Below are positions 58,877 to 64,000 of a DNA stretch of 64,000 bases, piece after piece. The DNA is taken from positions 1-64,000 of the forward strand of contig MEDY01000123.1 in assembly GCA_001724265.1 (NCBI GenBank), given 5' to 3'. The translations under genes and the position numbers were made by a program. Position 1 is the first letter of the stretch, and each line of letters opens with the position of its first letter. This DNA is from Rhizaria sp. SCN 62-66. Lineage: Eukaryota. The notes under the pieces were generated by a model. That model was not told where the DNA came from, ran no database searches, and was given only the letters and a program-made list of their open reading frames with translations.

Positions 58877-60110
58877 ATGCCTGTTGATCCCAACGCTCCT
58901 CGCAAGGCCAAGACGACCAAGGGCCAGCGCGTGCTGGACAACCGCGCGCCGAAGCTGACGGAGAACGAGAAGAAGTGCATCTTCGTCCGCGGCCAGACGT
59001 GCTCGGACCTCATCTCCAAGTCCATGACGGACCTCTGCGCGCTCAAGAAGCCTGAGTCGAAGATGCTGTCGAACAAGAACCCGATCCGCCCCTTCGAGGA
59101 CGCGACTTCGCTCGAGTTCCTGACGCGCGTCAACGACTCGTCGCTCTTCTGCTTCGGCTCCCACTCCAAGAAGCGCCCGCACTCGCTCGTCTTCGGCCGC
59201 ACTTTCGACTTCCAGATCCTGGACATGCTCGAGTTCCAGATCGACCCCTCGACGTTCAAGACGATGCAGGACCTGTCGAAGGACCGCGAGACGACGTCGC
59301 GCATCGGCGCCAAGCCGCTCTTCGTCTTCATCGGCGACCAGTTCACGCACGCCGAGGACATGCGCACCTTCCGCTCGCTGCTGCTCGACATGTTCCACGG
59401 CATCGACGTCTCCAAGACCAACCTTGCCGGGCTCGACCGCGTGATCATCATCACCGCCACGGTCAACCCCTCGGACATCACCAAGAAGGTCGTCTACTTC
59501 CGCCACTACAACGTACGTCACTACGCTTTGCTTTCTTTCGAGAGTGTTTGCACGTGTTTAATCGGATATATCATGTCATTGATATATTAACATGCCAAAA
59601 ATTCATATAACGTACGACAACATTATCATTTCTCACATCTTGCTCCTTGAACTCTAATATTTTGTTACGCTTGCATCTACACTTGCACAGGTGCTGAAGA
59701 AGAAGTCCGGCACGCGCTTCCCCCGCGTCGAGCTGGAGGAGGTGGGCCCGCGCATGGACCTGACCTTCAACCGCTCCTCGTCGGGCTCGCTGGAGATCCG
59801 CAAGGAGGCGCTGCGCGTGGGCAAGGGCGCCACGATGGCCAAGCGCAAGAACGTCGAGATTGGCCAGATGGGCCAGCTGCTCGGCCGCGTCCACATGCAG
59901 AAGCAGAACCTGGACGAGATCGCGCTGGCCAAGCTCAAGGGTCTGGGTAAGCGCGTCAACACGGGGGCCAAGCGCACGCTGCCGCGCGACGCGCCCGAGC
60001 CCGGCGCGCAGCTCTCGGACGACTGGAAGGTCGTCGCCGGCGACGCGCAGAGCAAGAAGCGCTCGCGCATGCTGCCCGCCGCATACGCCAACTCTGTCAT
60101 CTCGGAGTAA
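58877..60110 (+). CDS. RPF2: Ribosome production factor 2 (Brix domain); 2 exons (58877-59512, 59691-60110)
   Basis: KGQRVLDNRAPKLTENEK, KNPIRPFED..SLEFL, SLFCFGSHSKKRPHSLVFGRTF..ILDMLE, KKSGTRFPRVELEEVGPRMDL, GRVHMQKQNL. Intron GTACGT(59513)..CAG(59690). Ends TAA. Confidence 0.95.
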
Positions 60111-60870
60111 GGTGTCTTTGTGCGCCGGCGGGAAAGGGATTTGGTGGAGTTTTGTTGCGTTTGCTGTTCTTTATTATGGGGTATTGCTTTGCCGACATCT
60201 TGTCGCAGCCTTGCAACGACTAGCAGTGTTGGGGTTGAGGGACAAGAGTGGCTTGATGTACACCCGTTATTCGTTACTATAGTTTATACACAATCTATAT
60301 TTGATATCATATCTGATTTAATTCCTGAGGGGACATGCTAGGCGACTTGAATGCTTCATTTCGTAGTTTGACCGAGTTACGTTGTTGCCTAGGAGTGGCG
60401 GGAGCCGAGGGTCGGGCCGTCTGCGTCGTCGGGCTAAACTTAACAATGAATCAATCTCAACCAACTGATCGTCACAAATAGTATACGTATGATATCGTAT
60501 ATACGCATGCGCAAAATGACCAGTTTTATGTTTTATTTCTTCCAGATTTGTGTCCGAAGCAGACGCTATGCAACCCGAAAAGCTCTCATCATCACGCAGA
60601 CCGAAGACTTGTCAGCAAAGCATTTTCTTGAATGTCGCGCCACTATGTGAGCATTAATGCACTGGACGGTGTCCACTAGCGCAACAATGTGTTTGCAATA
60701 ACTCACACTTCTCTTGTTTCTACCATGCATTTCCTTGTTGATACATCCGTCGTAGTCCGTAGCATCTCCCGAGGAGACACGCTACACTCCCCGCGTTCCA
60801 ACCAGTTTCCACCAACAGTCCCGCGCCTTGCAGCGCACTTGCCCGCAGACGCCCCCGCGGCCGAAGCGCT

Positions 60871-63042
60871 ATGTTGCACCCTGCAGGCTCGGCCGTTGCC
60901 TCCAGTCCGGTCCCGGAGCTGTCCCCGTCGTCGTCCTCGCACAGCCACGCTGACCCCGACGTGGCCGCCGCCGCCGCCGCGAACGCTGACGCCGTCGCTG
61001 CGAGCACGGTGATCCCCGCGTTGCCCGCGTCGGTGTCGGAGACGACTGAGACGGCTGCCGTGAAGCTTGTGCACAGTCTATCGCTGTCCCGCCACAACAG
61101 CAACGCGTACGCGCACAGCCACAGCCACGGCCCGAGCCACACGTCGTCAAGCGCCAATCTGAGCAGCAACGGCAACTACGCTGCCGACGCTATTGGCGCC
61201 AGCGGTGGTGTGCACAGCGCCTACGCCCACGCTAACGCTGGCGTTGGCGGCCCTATTGCTGAAGCGTACGGCGGCAACGACACGGACGCCGAGTCCACTG
61301 ACGGCCACACGGTCACCGTCACCTCGGACGACCCCAGTCTCGCTGCGGCCGATGCCGCCGACAGCGCGGACGGGGCCGGTCTGAGCGGCGAGCACAAGCC
61401 GATGCCGCCGGACTTAGCATCGCACGTTGTGCTGCTCAAGGTGCTGTACTTTCTGCAGGGCATGTCCGCGGCGTCGTGGGGCCGCTTTGGCACGATTTAC
61501 TACCTCTCGCGCGGGCTCACGCGGTTCGAGATCGGCATCATTGAGGGGCTCATCCCGTCGATCACGATGTTCGCGTCGCCGATCTGGGGCATCGTTGCCG
61601 ACAAGCTGCACTCGCGCAAGAAGGTCGCGCTCTTCACGCAGTCAGTCTCGGTCTGCATCCTCTGTCTGCTCGCGTTTCCCGCGCTGGCGAGCGGCTTCGA
61701 GTCGATCCTGGCCATCTCGATGCTCATGGCCGCATTCGTGTCCTCGGGCATCCTCGACGCGCACACGCTCGACGTGTTGGGCAAGGATTACTTCTACGCC
61801 TACGGGCCGATCCGCATGTGGACCTCAATCTCGTGGGGCATCGGCGCGCTTTTCCTGGGCTTCCTCACAGACTCCTTCTCAGTCTACTCCATCTTTGTCG
61901 TCTATGCTATCCTCGCCACCACCTCGATCGTGGCCACATCGCGCGTTGTGCCCGAGCAGACGCACAACGAGGCGCGCCGCGCCGTGGGGCCGCCACCGCA
62001 GCTCTCGGCGCTTTTCCGGGCACTCACGCGCCCGCGCATGCTCTTCTTCCTGTTCTAGATCGCGCTCTTTGGCGCCGGCATGGCCGTTGTTGAGCGGCTG
62101 CTCTTCATCTACCTGCGCGACGACCTGGGCGCCAGCAACTTCCTCTGCGGGCTCACCGTTACCGTCACGGTTATCTTCGAGCTGCCTATCTTCATGTACG
62201 CCGACCAGCTGCTCAAGCTCTTCGGGCACCATGGCATGTTCTTGATCGCCATGGTCGCGCACACGGTCCGCGTTTTCCTCTACACGCTGCTCACGCGCGA
62301 AGCCGTCTACGCGATCCTGCCGATCGAGATCACGCACGGCATTACCTTCGCGTGTATGTGGACCGCGGCAGTCGAGTACGCCAAGATGGGCGTGCCCGAG
62401 GAGTGGTCCTCAGCCGCGCAGTCGATCCTCGCCGCCACGCTCGGCTGCGTCGGCGCGGGCGTCGGCTCCATTCTTGGCGGATACGTCATGGACCGCTACG
62501 GCGCCATCGCGCTCTACACGGGCACCGGCATCATCGGGCTCTGCACCATCGCCATGCACCTCGCCTTCCACCTCGTCACCAAGATCATCGACGAGGGCGC
62601 CGCCGACGGCCGCCACAGCGGCGGCGCGGGCGCGGGCGAGCTCGACGACGGCGTCACACTCGACGGCATCGACGTTACGATAAGCGGCAGCGCCAGCCCC
62701 GCTGCCGCCGACGGGGTGGGCGTGTCCAGGGCCGCCGCATTCGCGGTCGCCGAGACCATTGACGGCGGGGGCAGCGGCGGCGGTGTCGGCGCTGGCGGCG
62801 GGGTCCGCGAGCAGGTGCCTGTCGGACTGGCCGCGGCACCCGCTGCTAGCGGCTACAGCAAGTACAACGACGACAACGACGACGACGGCGACGACGCGGC
62901 GGCGCGGTACAATGCACAGCACCAACAGCAGCGGCAACAGCAACAGCAGCAGCAGCAGCGGCAGCGGCGCACTGCGGGCGGCGCCGTGGAGATGGGCAGA
63001 GTGGGTGGGTACCGCAGCTAGTACGTGGCCGGAAGCAAGTGA
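60871..63042 (+). CDS. Major facilitator superfamily transporter (MFSD6/MFS_1-like), ~723 aa, in-frame TAG at 62056-62058 and 63019-63021
   Basis: N-half (LLKVLYFL, SPIWGIVADK, YGPIRMWTSISWG) and C-half (FGAGMAVVERLLFIYL, VIFELPIF, EITHGITFACMW, GVGSILGG) are in one frame, separated only by TAG (MLFFLF*IALFGAGM). The next non-TAG stop is TGA 63040-63042. Confidence 0.88.
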
Positions 63043-64000
63043 GCGAGTGTTCTCGCGGGAACCACTGTGGTCGTCGTGGGAACATATGGGTGTGGTGCTT
63101 AGTTCACCACAAGTTGTAGCCGGTAACATACTATTTCATCCATGGTTCCTGGCTGCTGCGAGCTTTATGATCTATGATCTCGGTCTGTGTTCACTCTTTC
63201 TGTCGTTTAACATATCGTTCATGATTAGGTTTGCTATTTAGAGTATGTTTTTGTATGTTTCTTGAATTTTCAAGGCTTGACTGTTTGCGCAATAAACTAT
63301 TCATGTCAGCCCACAATGCGAGTACGTAATTACATTGTACGTGTACAAGTACTGTACAATGCATATGTGTACAGTCGGCAAGTTGACACTAAATCAGAGT
63401 TTTTCGCTTTCAAGACGGACAAAATTAATGCTCGACGGATAACATCCTGTGCACGAAGCGTAACGTTCTGCGCACGAGCGAACCGCATCGAATTGCGTAG
63501 CTAAAATCGAGTCAAATGACCTATAATCTTGTGGGGATGCATCATGAGCGTACCGCGCGGTTCCAACAGGTACTGCACCAGGGATCGTGCTTGCGTTCAT
63601 CGGATAAAACACGATAAAGAAAAGACTAGAAAGAGTGTTCGCGCGGGGAAACACGGTGAATGGTGACACAAGCACGGTACCGGGTGGGTACACCGTGTCC
63701 CTAGCCGGTGCCTTGTGCTCGCCAAACACAGTGTCCTTTAGGATACGGCCGAGAAACGCACCATCTTCGCAATGGTTGCAAATTACCGCGAATGGAGTTG
63801 TTGAACGACTTGTTTCTGACGTTCGGATACATGTATGTAGCGATGTGCCAAGCGCTCGATTTGATGCTGCATTCCGGAAGTGGGCAGCGTGACAAGGAAA
63901 CTTTACATCGTCAAGGCGAATCCGCAGATGAAAGTGAAAAGTGCCCGCGTGGCTCTGCAAATTGATACTCATTGTGACATCGCGATAAACAAGGCAGAGT

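Noticed and set aside
110-60110. Ciliate-type code with both TAA and TAG as Gln
   Set aside because: TAA falls at the expected family C-terminus (eS31, TAF5, B3GNTL1-like), is generally followed by AT-richer non-coding sequence, and never occurs internally, even in CAA-rich regions.
62041-62058. In-frame TAGs are 3' splice acceptors (ctcttcttcctgttctag resembles a pyrimidine tract plus AG)
   Set aside because: There is no GTACG/GTGCG donor or AT-rich segment upstream, and the pyrimidines encode the LFFLF of a needed membrane helix. True introns here are recognisable 100-180 nt blocks. Not formally excluded without cDNA.
12171-63021. The six TAG-interrupted genes are pseudogenes or contain sequencing errors
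   Set aside because: All 13 interruptions are the same codon, with no frameshifts and no internal TAA/TGA. Catalytic residues are intact, and TAG is not needed as a terminal stop in any of 18 genes. Random decay or error would not produce this pattern.

Overview
Gene-dense nuclear DNA from a flagellated microbial eukaryote: GC-rich, Ala-rich exons, short AT-rich intergenic spacers, and 100-180 nt spliceosomal introns that mostly begin GTACGT. About 18 protein-coding genes can be reconstructed by hand: eS31/RPS27a (3' end), a SAP/HeH-like low-complexity protein, CCDC96, Aurora kinase, a split RING-H2 protein, a HAT-repeat protein, a TPR protein, a small Dam1-like protein, a CDK-like kinase, glutamate 5-kinase, an AlkB-family dioxygenase, TAF5, TRAX, B3GNTL1/QTGAL, a TALE homeobox protein, a FOP/CEP43-like protein, RPF2 and an MFS transporter. 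The main discovery is a non-standard nuclear genetic code. Thirteen in-frame TAG codons interrupt six otherwise intact genes, and reading through them joins the halves of kinase, AlkB, TAF5 and MFS domains. All 18 genes then end in TAA (9) or TGA (9), never TAG, and no internal TAA or TGA was found. TAG therefore appears to be a sense codon (most likely Gln, from poly-Q contexts), uncoupled from TAA, which remains a stop. The supplied standard-code ORF track fragments these genes. Secondary themes are very long low-complexity insertions inside conserved domains, a strong GTACGT donor consensus, and Myb/MSA-like AACGG elements upstream of cell-division genes. Gene identities come from recognised motifs, not database searches.
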